Below are positions 19,124 through 28,003 of a DNA stretch of 64,000 bases, in pieces. Source of the DNA: an uncultured Gammaproteobacteria bacterium (GTDB lineage: Bacteria > Patescibacteriota > Patescibacteriia > Magasanikbacterales > UBA922); assembly GCA_964433095.1 (NCBI GenBank), contig CAYSPW010000003.1, positions 7,034 through 71,033 of the forward strand, read 5' to 3'. Numbering within the stretch: the first letter of the stretch is position 1; the number at the start of each line of letters is the position of its first letter. Made by a program: the position numbers and the translations under genes. The notes under the pieces are model-generated. The model ran no database searches. It saw only the letters and a list, made by a program, of their open reading frames with translations, and had not been told where the DNA came from.

Positions 19124-19235
19124 AAGTTTGGTATAATATTAGCAGGTAAGCTTGAAAAAATCAATGTATTGTGTTTAAATGGGCTCAGTCTTAAATTAAT
19201 ATCGACGAACACACAGACAAGGAGGTTTTTTTAAA

Positions 19236-19487
19236 ATGAAAAAATGTAAATGCGGCAAAAAGCTCCTTGAAATGGAAAGAATCTGCCGGGATTGTTGGCA
19301 AAGGGCCAATAAAAAAAGATGGGCTTCTTCGCCGCCCGATCAAGGAGGTGACAATTCTGAACACCCAAACGGCCAAAGAACGGCCAAGGTCAAGGAGGTT
19401 AAAAATGAGCAACTGCCGTGGCCGGAACAACTCGTTGGTTCCGAAGATGACCAAGCGAGATTGCCGAGTATGTCGCAAAAGGAATGA
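19236..19487 (+). CDS. Small zinc-ribbon protein (83 aa) with acidic disordered tail
   Basis: Canonical SD AAGGAGG 10 nt upstream of ATG; MKKCKCGKKLLEMERICRDCW (CxC...CxxC). The tail overlaps the next small ORF, so the true C-terminus is uncertain. Confidence 0.4.
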   Translation: MKKCKCGKKLLEMERICRDCWQRANKKRWASSPPDQGGDNSEHPNGQRTAKVKEVKNEQLPWPEQLVGSEDDQARLPSMSQKE

Positions 19488-19575
19488 ATGTCCTTTTGGC
19501 GGGGACCTGCAAAAGTGCAATGCCGATTTGCAGTCCCGCATAAAGGCAATACACAAAAATAAACGGGAAAATTGA
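19405..19575 (+). CDS. Small basic Cys-rich protein (56 aa)
   Basis: SD AAGGAGG 6 nt upstream of ATG; MSNCRGRNN...RDCRVCRKRNECPFGGDLQKC (five Cys). Confidence 0.35.
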   Translation: MSNCRGRNNSLVPKMTKRDCRVCRKRNECPFGGDLQKCNADLQSRIKAIHKNKREN

Positions 19576-19700
19576 AGTTACTTGGAAAGCGGACATGTTT
19601 AACTCATGATCCGCTTTATTTATCTGTTGACAAATTAATTAATTTATGCTTCAATTGACTTGTGCTTGGGGATAAATCGTTTAAAAAAAAGGAGGAAAAA

Positions 19701-19844
19701 ATGCAAAAAATATGGAACGCGTGGGCTTATGTCTACGACATGGCCATGTTTTTAATGGGCGCCAGCGGTCGTTGCCCGATCTGCGGAGCGGTCTTTCGTT
19801 TGTCATTGGGGCCGGGCTGCCGGCCTTGCCACAAGAAAGCTTGA
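19701..19844 (+). CDS. Small zinc-ribbon protein (47 aa) with hydrophobic N-terminus
   Basis: SD AAGGAGG 5 nt upstream of ATG; MQKIWNAWAYVYDMAMFLMGASGRCPICGAVFRLSLGPGCRPCHKKA (CPIC...CRPC). Confidence 0.4.
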   Translation: MQKIWNAWAYVYDMAMFLMGASGRCPICGAVFRLSLGPGCRPCHKKA

Positions 19845-19854
19845 ATTTTTAGTA

Positions 19855-19890
19855 AGCCGTCTGCCGACACGGGTGAGGCGGCTTTTTTAA
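19855..19890 (+). terminator. Putative rho-independent terminator after the small-ORF cluster
   Basis: Imperfect hairpin AGCCGTCTGCC...GGTGAGGCGGCT followed by TTTTTT. Confidence 0.35.
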
Positions 19891-20660
19891 TTTAATCGTC
19901 GGATCTGAGCGATATCCGAGTTTTTAAAGCGAAGAAAGGTTTCATTTTTTTGTCCGGAGACATCTTGCTCAATCCAAGTTTGGTCAGTCAATAAGCTTCG
20001 CGGATTACTCACTTTAATTTTACCTCTCCTTACTCCGTGCTTGTATTGTCCGTCGGCCGACCATTGAAATGAGTGCACATAGTGAATGGTTTGGGGAATA
20101 CCGTCATGCGATTCAACTTTTTCCACAATGGCTATATGATCTCTGTCTTTTTTCGGACCAAAACCCAGACTGATTAGCATATCGGCCGGCTGAGTCAGGT
20201 TTAATTTCACGACATGAGAGTTTTTTTCATGTGCCAGCGTCCTTACACGGGTATTTTCAATCGGCCTGAGACGTGCGATCAAACGGCGGATCGGATTTTT
20301 AACATTTGGGAAATAAATAATAAAAGCCAGTCGTTTGTTTTTTTTCTGTTTCGCCTGTGCGTCAAGCAATTGATAAGCGAATCCGGAACAGTCAATGCCC
20401 AAATTGTGGTCAACCAAAAATTTTTTTAATTGATCATTGCTCATTTTTTTAACATCCTTTCTCTCTCTGATTGATAGAATATTTGCTTCTTCCACGATTT
20501 CTTCCGGAGAACCTTTGCCTGTAACAACTTTCAATCCGCTTTTAACCGCGCTACGGCGATTATTAAAATACGGACAATTTATTTGTTTTTCGGTAAAAGG
20601 AAGATTAAGAAACGAATCCACTACCCGCTGAGCTTTTTTGGTTAAAGTTAAATCCGTCAT
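19887..20660 (-). CDS. NlpC/P60 (C40)-like papain-fold cysteine peptidase/amidase
   Basis: GIDCSGFAYQLL matches the C40 catalytic-Cys motif (DCSGF); downstream DHIAIV (His) and VESHDG (polar third residue); 4-nt overlap with the upstream ATP-grasp gene suggests co-translation. Confidence 0.5.
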   Translation of the reverse strand: MTDLTLTKKAQRVVDSFLNLPFTEKQINCPYFNNRRSAVKSGLKVVTGKGSPEEIVEEANILSIRERKDVKKMSNDQLKKFLVDHNLGIDCSGFAYQLLDAQAKQKKNKRLAFIIYFPNVKNPIRRLIARLRPIENTRVRTLAHEKNSHVVKLNLTQPADMLISLGFGPKKDRDHIAIVEKVESHDGIPQTIHYVHSFQWSADGQYKHGVRRGKIKVSNPRSLLTDQTWIEQDVSGQKNETFLRFKNSDIAQIRRLN

Positions 20661-21868
20661 ATTAATATTTTTTCACCTAAAGAATTTAATTGATTATGGC
20701 CTGACATTAAAGAGCGCGTGCTTTGAATGCGAATTTTATCAGTTCCGGGCTTGTTATTCTCGTATTCTATTACCGTAAAACCGGTCTTTTCCAAAATTTT
20801 CCGTTCCGCTATTGAAGCAGAAGATCGTATAGGTATTCTTTTAATTATCTGAGCGCCGTCTTTAATTTGAATTATGCGCTCGCCTGAAAGATCAATATCC
20901 AAAAGCGCGCCCAGATGAGCTTGAAAAGTGGTAAGACCGACCGAGCTTTCTTTGGCGTGTTTTTGTAAAATTGATTCAAAGCTTGCCGAAGCCGGTTGTC
21001 TGGCGTTTATTTCCACCAAGTATATTTTTTTGCTCATTTGGTCCATCACGAAGTCCGCGCCATATAGCCCTTTCCAACCTTGTGACGCCAATTTTTCGCC
21101 AATGCGGGAGGTAATTTCATTTATCTGTTTTTTTTGTAGAGAGTTGAGCAGCTTGTACGGCAAAGACCAGTCATTTCCCACCGTGGCAAATGGACTGTCG
21201 CTGAATGTTTCCAGTCCGGTGATCTGATAAATAATATTACCGAGCAAAACATCGCTTTGGGCGCAAACGGCGTTGATGGTAAAGGAGGGCCCGACAATGT
21301 ATTGTGATTTTCTTGCCGGCCGGTTAGGGAATTTTTGCTTGATTTGCTCTAACTGGCTAGCTGATTCAATTAATTTTGTGCCTTGTCCGGTATGGGAAGT
21401 ATTAAATTGCAATATGAAGGAATTTTGCTTCCATTCCAGCCGGGAGCAGTTTTTAATTTCGGTTTTTGGTAAATACCGGGATAAATCGGCCAGCCATTCC
21501 ACTTGCGATATTTTTTTTTCAACCGTTTGACTCAGTTTAGCCGGGGGATTGAGTAGTTTATAATTGTTCTTTCGGCAAATTTTTTCAATGCGGCCGTTAC
21601 TTTTAAAAACCAAAATACCGGCGCCGGATTTTTCATTGATAAATTTTTGTACTTCCTGTTCTTGGAGCAGTTCGGCCGTATCCAAAATCAATTCTTTTTT
21701 TATGAGTAAAATATTTGTTCTCTGTCCGGCGACAGACTTGGCAAATGGGGTATAATTTGAGATAATATTATAGTGGAAAAAATCCAAATCAAAGCCGATT
21801 GCCCTTTCTATGTCGCGGCTTACATATATCACCGGATGGCACTTTAATTTTTCAAAAATTTGCATCAT
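20657..21868 (-). CDS. ATP-grasp family ligase (specific substrate unknown)
   Basis: Glycine-rich loop FNTSHTGQGTKLI, YIVGPSF, and the Mg/ATP-binding block KIYLVEINARQPAS typical of ATP-grasp enzymes; extra C-terminal domain of about 90 aa. Confidence 0.6.
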   Translation of the reverse strand: MMQIFEKLKCHPVIYVSRDIERAIGFDLDFFHYNIISNYTPFAKSVAGQRTNILLIKKELILDTAELLQEQEVQKFINEKSGAGILVFKSNGRIEKICRKNNYKLLNPPAKLSQTVEKKISQVEWLADLSRYLPKTEIKNCSRLEWKQNSFILQFNTSHTGQGTKLIESASQLEQIKQKFPNRPARKSQYIVGPSFTINAVCAQSDVLLGNIIYQITGLETFSDSPFATVGNDWSLPYKLLNSLQKKQINEITSRIGEKLASQGWKGLYGADFVMDQMSKKIYLVEINARQPASASFESILQKHAKESSVGLTTFQAHLGALLDIDLSGERIIQIKDGAQIIKRIPIRSSASIAERKILEKTGFTVIEYENNKPGTDKIRIQSTRSLMSGHNQLNSLGEKILI

Positions 21869-21906
21869 AAATTAGAGTATATTGCAATATTTAGGTTTTT
21901 GCAAAC

Positions 21907-22866
21907 ATGGATATTATTTACAAAAAATTGAAAGAATTCGGCAAGGTTAAAACAAACCAGGATTTAAGCAAGTATTGTACCATGGGAGTGGGAGGCCTTG
22001 CCCGCTATTTTATTATATTGGAAGATGTGGATTTAATTCCCGGATTGGTTGGTTTTTTGCGACGAAACGATTTGGAATACACGGTTTTGGGAGCGGGCAG
22101 CAACGTGATTTTTTCCGGCAACCAATATGATGGCGCGGTCATCAAGATCGCAGATCGCACCGTTAAGATCAAAGACAACGTGGTTGAGTGCGCGGCCGGC
22201 GCCAATATGGCCGAAGCGGCTCGGATTTCCATGCGGGCCGGTCTGACCGGCTTTGAATGGGCGATCGGAATCCCCGGCACCATGGGCGGTGCTGTTTACG
22301 GCAACGCCGGGGCCATGGATGCTCGGACGCAAGATAATGTATTGAAAGTTCTTGTGTTCATGGATGGAGAGCTGATCGAGATGATGAATCAGGATTGTCA
22401 ATTCGGTTACCGCGATAGTATATTCAAGCATCAAGGAGGCGTGATATTACGTGTTTGGTTGTTGCTGGAACATAGAAAAGATAATTCCAAAACGCGGCAG
22501 ATTTTGCAATATATGCAAAAAAGGAATGATTCCCAGCCCACCGGCATGGCTTCCAGTGGTTGTATTTTTAAAAATGTGGAGAGCGGCCGATTAGATTTGG
22601 ATGAAAAGATGCTGAAAGATTTATCCGTACCGCAAGAATTTATTGACGATGGAATCATACCGGCCGGCCGGCTGATTGACGCGTGCGGCTTGAAGGGTAA
22701 AAAGATCGGTGGCGCGCAAATCAGCGACAAGCATGCCAATTTCATAATCAATCATGGTTCGGCCAATGCTGAAGATGTTTTGGCATTGATTGATTTGGTA
22801 AAAAAAGAAGTGTATGATAAATATGGGATAGAGTTAAAAGAAGAAGTGCAAATAATTAAAAATTAA
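21907..22866 (+). CDS. murB: UDP-N-acetylenolpyruvoylglucosamine reductase MurB
   Basis: FAD-binding LGAGSNVIF, GIPGTMGGAVYGNAGA, C-terminal SSGCIFKN and GGAQIS...HANFIIN blocks. Confidence 0.85.
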   Translation: MDIIYKKLKEFGKVKTNQDLSKYCTMGVGGLARYFIILEDVDLIPGLVGFLRRNDLEYTVLGAGSNVIFSGNQYDGAVIKIADRTVKIKDNVVECAAGANMAEAARISMRAGLTGFEWAIGIPGTMGGAVYGNAGAMDARTQDNVLKVLVFMDGELIEMMNQDCQFGYRDSIFKHQGGVILRVWLLLEHRKDNSKTRQILQYMQKRNDSQPTGMASSGCIFKNVESGRLDLDEKMLKDLSVPQEFIDDGIIPAGRLIDACGLKGKKIGGAQISDKHANFIINHGSANAEDVLALIDLVKKEVYDKYGIELKEEVQIIKN

Positions 22867-22876
22867 CATTTTTTTT

Positions 22877-23221
22877 ATGAAAATCAATATCAATACCACC
22901 AATATGGAGGCAACCGACGCCATCAAGAGTTATGCCAAGGAGAAAGTGGAGGGGCTACGCAAATTTTTTAATAACATGCAACAAGCGGACATTGACGTCG
23001 GTTTGCGCAGTCAGCACCATCAAAAAGGTAAAATATATTATGCTGAAGTCAATCTTCATATTCCGGGAAAAATTTTGCGCGTGACCAAGGACGCGGAAGA
23101 TTTGTATAAAGCCATAGATAAAGTTAAGGATCATTTGAAAGTGGAATTGGAAAAAGTAAAGGGTAAAAAGCGCGATATTGATAGAGAAGTCTTGAGAAAT
23201 CAGAAAGGATATCAAATGTAG
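22877..23221 (+). CDS. hpf: Ribosome hibernation promoting factor (S30AE/RaiA family, short form)
   Basis: MKININTTNMEATDAIKSYAKEKVEGLRKFF parallels HPF MNINITGHH.E.T.ALR.YV..KL.KL..HF; 114 aa. Confidence 0.85.
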   Translation: MKININTTNMEATDAIKSYAKEKVEGLRKFFNNMQQADIDVGLRSQHHQKGKIYYAEVNLHIPGKILRVTKDAEDLYKAIDKVKDHLKVELEKVKGKKRDIDREVLRNQKGYQM

Positions 23222-23296
23222 CCGACGCGACCGATATGTGATTTTTTTAGAAAGACCACGCGTTAACGGTTGTTTCTTTTGTTGGGTTTTTTCCGG

Positions 23297-23321
23297 TCCG
23301 GCTGCCAAGCTGGACTTTTTC
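23297..23321 (+). terminator. Rho-independent terminator downstream of hpf
   Basis: TCCGGCT-GCCA-AGCTGGA (7-bp stem with one G.U) followed by CTTTTT. Confidence 0.5.
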
Positions 23322-23374
23322 TGTTTGGCGTGTTAAAATACGCAAGCGAAAATACTGTAAAAACATGAAAAATT

Positions 23375-26209
23375 ATGTCTATTTATTACAAAATATTCGG
23401 TGATCCCAATAAAAAAACGTTGAAAAAGCTGGAACCGTTGGTGGAAAAAATCAATGCCATGGAGAGCGATCTGGAAAAATTGAACGATGAACAATTAAAA
23501 GCCAAAACCGATGAATTCAAGCAAAGAATCAACCAAGGGGAGACTTTGGATGAAATATTGGCCGAAGTTTTTGCCGTAGTCAGAGAAGCGTCCAAGCGCA
23601 CCACCGGCATGCGCCACTATGACGTACAGCTGATTGGCGGCATGGTGCTTCATCATGGTCAAATCGCCGAGATGCGGACCGGTGAAGGTAAGACTTTGGT
23701 GGCAACCTTGCCCGTCTACTTGAATGCTTTGGAAGGAAAAGGTGTGCATGTGGTTACGGTAAACGATTATCTGGCTAAAAGAGACGCGATCTGGATGGGG
23801 CAGATTTATGACTTTTTGGGCCTGAGCGTGGGAATTATACAAAACCAGAGAGTCACGTTTGTTTATGATCCTTTAATATCCGGAGGCGAACAAGGCGAGG
23901 AAACGGACAATCGGCGGGATCAAAAGGGGAGTTTTAAGGTGGAGGAAGATTACCTGCGGCCGGCCGGTCGCAAAGAAGCATACGCGTGCGATATTACATA
24001 CGGCACCAATAATGAATTCGGCTTTGATTATTTACGCGACAATATGGTGCAGGATTTAAAAGAAATGGTCATGCGTCCGGGAGCGGAAACGCACTACGCG
24101 ATTATTGATGAGGTGGATTCAATTTTAATCGATGAAGCGCGTACTCCTTTGATTATTTCCGCTCCTGCCGAAGAGGCCACCGAAAGATATTATCAATTCG
24201 CCAAGTTGGTAAAACGGCTACAGGAGAATGAAGATTACAACGTAGATGAGAAGTTGAGAGCGGCCACTTTGACTGAAAAAGGAATAGCCAAATTTGAGCA
24301 ATGGCTCGATTCGGATAATCTGTATGCCGAGGGCGGCATCAGGATCGTGCATCACATAGAGCAAGCATTGAAAGCCGAAATGCTGTTCAAGCGCGATAAA
24401 GATTACATCGTGGAAAATAACGAAGTGGTAATCATTGATGAGTTTACCGGACGAAAAATGCCGGGCAGAAGGTATTCCGAAGGTTTACATCAGGCCATTG
24501 AGGCCAAAGAAAACGTGCAAATACAAAGAGAATCCAGAACCTTGGCTACCATTACTTTCCAAAATTTATTTCGCATGTATCAAAAAATGGCTGGCATGAC
24601 CGGAACGGCCAAAACCGAAGAAGAAGAATTTATTAAAATTTATAATGCCGAAGTGGTGGTAATTCCCACCAACCGACCGGACGCTCGCATTGATCATCCG
24701 GACAAGATATACAAGTCGGAAAGGGGTAAATACACTGCTATTACTAAAAAGATCAAGCAGTGCCAGGAAAAAGGGCAGCCCGTGTTGGTGGGCACCATTT
24801 CAGTGGAAAAAAATGAACAGCTCAGCGTCCATCTGTCGCGTGAAGGGGTAAAGCACGAAATTTTAAATGCCAAAAATCATGAACGTGAGGGTGAGATTAT
24901 AGCTCAAGCCGGCAGGAAAAAAGCGGTCACATTGGCCACCAATATGGCCGGACGAGGGGTGGATATTAAATTGGGTGGCAGTCCGGTGGAAGAAGAAAAA
25001 GAACAAGAGATTAAAGAGTTGGGCGGACTGTTCGTGCTTGGAACGGAAAGGCATGAATCCAGAAGAATTGACAACCAGCTGCGTGGACGCGCCGCTCGTC
25101 AAGGCGACCCGGGCGAAACCCAATTTTATGTTTCCACGGAAGACGACTTGATGAGAATTTTTGCTGGCGACAGGCTAAAATCAATGATGAACAGGTTGAA
25201 AGTGCCCGAAGACATGCCGATTGAGCAAAAAATGGTTACCAAAATGTTGGAGAGTGCCCAAAAAAAAGTAGAAGGACACCATTTTGACACCAGAAAGCAC
25301 GTGCTGCAATACGACGACGTGCTGAACCGGCACCGCTTTGTGGTCTACAAAAAAAGAAGACAGATCTTGGAGTTGGCGTCCGGACGTAATTATGAAGAAT
25401 ATGGTGGCGAGCTTGATAGGATGGATACCGGACAAAGAGAGTCGCATATTTTGGAGCATTACAATTCTCTCAAAGAAATCATTTTGGATTACATCGTGGA
25501 TGAGATTGAATTTGTGGTCTCTTTTCACACTAATCCGGAAGAAAGAGAAATGGGAGAAGCAGAGAAAAAAGAATGGAATTTGAAAGAAATTTATGAAACC
25601 ACGCGCACGATTTTTCCTTTCACTAATGAAGAAAGAGAAAAATTACTGCACATGACTCCGGGTCTGGACGGCAAGCTGGACGAGGCCAAGGCCAGAGAAG
25701 AAATTATTCAGTTTTTGATTGACAAAGCCAAGACCGAATATGAGAACATTGAAAAAACGGTTGTAACGGGCGAGCGGGAAGTAGAAAAAGGGACAGAGTT
25801 GATGCGGCAGATGGAAAAAGGTATTCTATTGCGTTCAATAGATTCCCTGTGGGTGGATCATCTGGTGGAAATAGATTATTTGCGTACCGGCATCGGATTG
25901 CGCGGCTACGGCCAGCGTGACCCGCTGGTTGAGTACAAACGCGAGACTTATCATATGTTTAACCGTCTTCTTTCCACCATTCAAAAAGAAGTGGTCTATT
26001 CATTTTTCAAAATTGGTGCCGGCCTGCAACTTGCGCCGAGTATTATGTCAAACGATAAAATGACTTTGAAAGGAGCAGCTAAGTCCGCTTCCGAGCAGGG
26101 AACGCGCGTGAAAAAAAAGCCCAGGAACGACTCCGGAGAAAAAGTGGGGCGAAACGATCCTTGCCCATGCGGCAGCGGCAAGAAATACAAAAAATGCTGC
26201 GGCGGATAA
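23375..26209 (+). CDS. secA: Preprotein translocase ATPase SecA
   Basis: Walker A MRTGEGKTLVAT, DEAD-like IIDEVDSILIDEART, MAGRGVDIKLGG; C-terminal zinc finger CPCGSGKKYKKCCG. Confidence 0.95.
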   Translation: MSIYYKIFGDPNKKTLKKLEPLVEKINAMESDLEKLNDEQLKAKTDEFKQRINQGETLDEILAEVFAVVREASKRTTGMRHYDVQLIGGMVLHHGQIAEMRTGEGKTLVATLPVYLNALEGKGVHVVTVNDYLAKRDAIWMGQIYDFLGLSVGIIQNQRVTFVYDPLISGGEQGEETDNRRDQKGSFKVEEDYLRPAGRKEAYACDITYGTNNEFGFDYLRDNMVQDLKEMVMRPGAETHYAIIDEVDSILIDEARTPLIISAPAEEATERYYQFAKLVKRLQENEDYNVDEKLRAATLTEKGIAKFEQWLDSDNLYAEGGIRIVHHIEQALKAEMLFKRDKDYIVENNEVVIIDEFTGRKMPGRRYSEGLHQAIEAKENVQIQRESRTLATITFQNLFRMYQKMAGMTGTAKTEEEEFIKIYNAEVVVIPTNRPDARIDHPDKIYKSERGKYTAITKKIKQCQEKGQPVLVGTISVEKNEQLSVHLSREGVKHEILNAKNHEREGEIIAQAGRKKAVTLATNMAGRGVDIKLGGSPVEEEKEQEIKELGGLFVLGTERHESRRIDNQLRGRAARQGDPGETQFYVSTEDDLMRIFAGDRLKSMMNRLKVPEDMPIEQKMVTKMLESAQKKVEGHHFDTRKHVLQYDDVLNRHRFVVYKKRRQILELASGRNYEEYGGELDRMDTGQRESHILEHYNSLKEIILDYIVDEIEFVVSFHTNPEEREMGEAEKKEWNLKEIYETTRTIFPFTNEEREKLLHMTPGLDGKLDEAKAREEIIQFLIDKAKTEYENIEKTVVTGEREVEKGTELMRQMEKGILLRSIDSLWVDHLVEIDYLRTGIGLRGYGQRDPLVEYKRETYHMFNRLLSTIQKEVVYSFFKIGAGLQLAPSIMSNDKMTLKGAAKSASEQGTRVKKKPRNDSGEKVGRNDPCPCGSGKKYKKCCGG

Positions 26210-26317
26210 ATTTTTTTACTTGTTAATTTCTAGCCATAAAAAAATATGCTTGAAAAAATTGCTACCGAACAGCCGGAGGAAAAAAAATATTCCTAATTTC
26301 CATGAAAGGAGGCAATA

Positions 26318-26740
26318 ATGCGCGATGGAGCAGGAATCTTCATCAGTGCCACCATCATTTTCCGCGGTAAAGATCCGGAAAACTGGAGGGTGGATGAAAG
26401 CATGATTGATCGTCTGATTGATCACGCGGCGCTTGGAAGAAGGGTTTTTATAGTCTTCTACCATGATGATTATGAGTTTGGCAAACGTGACGAGAGTGAA
26501 ATTTTGTCTATTATAAGATCCGCATTTTATGAGGGATGTGGCATAGAAATAAAGTTTACCATCATGTTTATCGCTTCACTGCTGGATCCGGCTCCGTTCT
26601 GGGAGAAGGCCCGCTGCCATGGAATTGATATGTCTCGTTCAGTGCTTGTCGCCGAAAGTGAGCAAGGAAAGAAGCTTGGCGACATCATTGAAATTGGATA
26701 TTTCAATTATCCTGATGATTTTTTGCTCTTTATGTACTAG
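26318..26740 (+). CDS. Hypothetical protein (140 aa)
   Basis: Strong SD AAAGGAGG 6 nt upstream; no recognisable motif. Confidence 0.4.
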   Translation: MRDGAGIFISATIIFRGKDPENWRVDESMIDRLIDHAALGRRVFIVFYHDDYEFGKRDESEILSIIRSAFYEGCGIEIKFTIMFIASLLDPAPFWEKARCHGIDMSRSVLVAESEQGKKLGDIIEIGYFNYPDDFLLFMY

Positions 26741-26774
26741 ATGTACTAGGAAATGGACTTGGATCCGATATCGG

Positions 26775-26802
26775 GGCGGTAAAATTTAATCCGCCTTTTT
26801 TT
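26775..26802 (+). terminator. Putative terminator (GGCGG/CCGCC hairpin + T7)
   Basis: GGCGG-taaaatttaat-CCGCC followed by TTTTTTT, about 35 nt after the stop of the 26318 ORF. Confidence 0.4.
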
Positions 26803-26950
26803 ATTTACTGTATAGTTACCCTTAGGTGGTAAGACTTTGCTAAACTAGGGGTTACAAAGGGTAACCATTAACTTTAGTAAAGTCATATGAATAATAATCA
26901 ATCTGCTCCAGAGAACAATTTTAGAGCAAAAAAATAAACCGGAAGAGGCA

Positions 26951-27133
26951 GTGTTGATGGCGCGGATGAGAGTACCCGATCGTATTTGCGCGGTTCCCGG
27001 TGAAATGAGTCTATTGTCGATTTTTGTTCAATATTATGGAGAACCGGAATTTGTGACAAAAGTCAGTCGTGGTTCATTTTGGCCATCGCCAAAAGTGGAT
27101 TCGGCTGTTTTTAAAGATAGATGCATTAAATAA
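26951..27133 (+). pseudogene. Remnant of 16S rRNA dimethyltransferase KsgA/RsmA (C-terminal fragment only)
   Basis: AVPGEMSLLSIFVQYYGEPEFVTKVSRGSFWPSPKVDSAVF aligns with KsgA A.[41 protein letters not shown]; no N-terminal SAM-binding half is present upstream. Confidence 0.5.
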
Positions 27134-27457
27134 TTTATGAGTTTTGATTGTTTTTTCAGCTAATAAACAGTGTTTGTTGTTTTACCTCAAAAATCATCGG
27201 TTAAATCAGCGCATGGACGTTTTTCTTCCATTCTTCTCTACTTTTGAGACTAAAAGTAGCAAAAGTTTCGGGGGTGACAAAACTCGCCCCCTCCATTTAT
27301 GCTAACTATACTTCTATTACCAAGGCTGGTGGTGTCAAACAGTTGCCACCCCCAGAACCCCCTTGTTACCTTTGCCAATTTTATTTTTTTAGCCTGCCTA
27401 TCGGATAAATTCAAAACCACCGATTATTTTGCCGGTAGTTGATTGTTCCTTTTATAT

Positions 27458-27919
27458 TTAAAATTCCAAATCCCAAGTATCGGAACCCTCATCACATGTT
27501 AGGGTTATTTTTTTCGGCCAGGTTTGCTTAGGGTACTGTCCATTGTTTTTGTCTAGAAAAATTTCATTTTGTGAGAAGTCACTATTGTCTGTGATTTTTA
27601 TTTTCATGTTTTTTTCAAAAGTGTTGCTGCCTAGTGGTTTTTTAAGACCACCTAAAAAACCACTATTTTGTTGAATATTTTTTATTTCAGTATTGTGTTC
27701 ATCAAGATTAACTGAACACCCGTGCAGATCTTCGCCAATATTTACAAACTCAAGTCCCCATGATTGACGTTTTCCTAACTCCAAAAAAGAGCTATAACTC
27801 ATTTGTACAGAATTGAGGTTGTCGCCAAACTTAGAAAGTTCTGACTTTTTTTTAGATCCGCATCCACTAAGGATTATTATAAATGAAAGCATGGCGGTGA
27901 ATAAAAGTATTTTTTTCAT
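27458..27919 (-). CDS. Lipoprotein (153 aa), AT-rich
   Basis: MKKILLFTAMLSFIIILSGCGS signal peptide with lipobox LSGC. Start moved to ATG at 27919 because the longer ORF extension runs through a terminator hairpin. Confidence 0.5.
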   Translation of the reverse strand: MKKILLFTAMLSFIIILSGCGSKKKSELSKFGDNLNSVQMSYSSFLELGKRQSWGLEFVNIGEDLHGCSVNLDEHNTEIKNIQQNSGFLGGLKKPLGSNTFEKNMKIKITDNSDFSQNEIFLDKNNGQYPKQTWPKKITLTCDEGSDTWDLEF

Positions 27920-27953
27920 ACAAATATATTTAAGAATATTAACTATTATATTT

Positions 27954-27999
27954 AAAAAAGGGCGATTAGTAAAATTAATTAGCAATCGCCCGGGTTTTT
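27954..27999. terminator. Bidirectional rho-independent terminator
   Basis: A6-GGGCGATT-16 nt loop-AATCGCCC-GGGTTTTT; perfect 8-bp stem flanked by an A-run and a T-run; sits between the two minus-strand lipoprotein genes. Confidence 0.45.
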
Positions 28000-28003
28000 C
28001 CAA

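Noticed and set aside
19191-19556. 121-aa minus-strand ORF across the small-ORF cluster
   Set aside because: No SD or promoter context and low-complexity translation. The plus-strand mini-ORFs each have perfect AAGGAGG sites, so the plus strand is the more credible coding strand.
27200-27420. tmRNA, RNase P RNA or tRNA in the structured non-coding stretch
   Set aside because: No T-arm (GGTTCGAATCC-like) sequence, no CCA-proximal acceptor pairing, no P4 AGGAAAGUCCGG motif on either strand; only generic hairpins.
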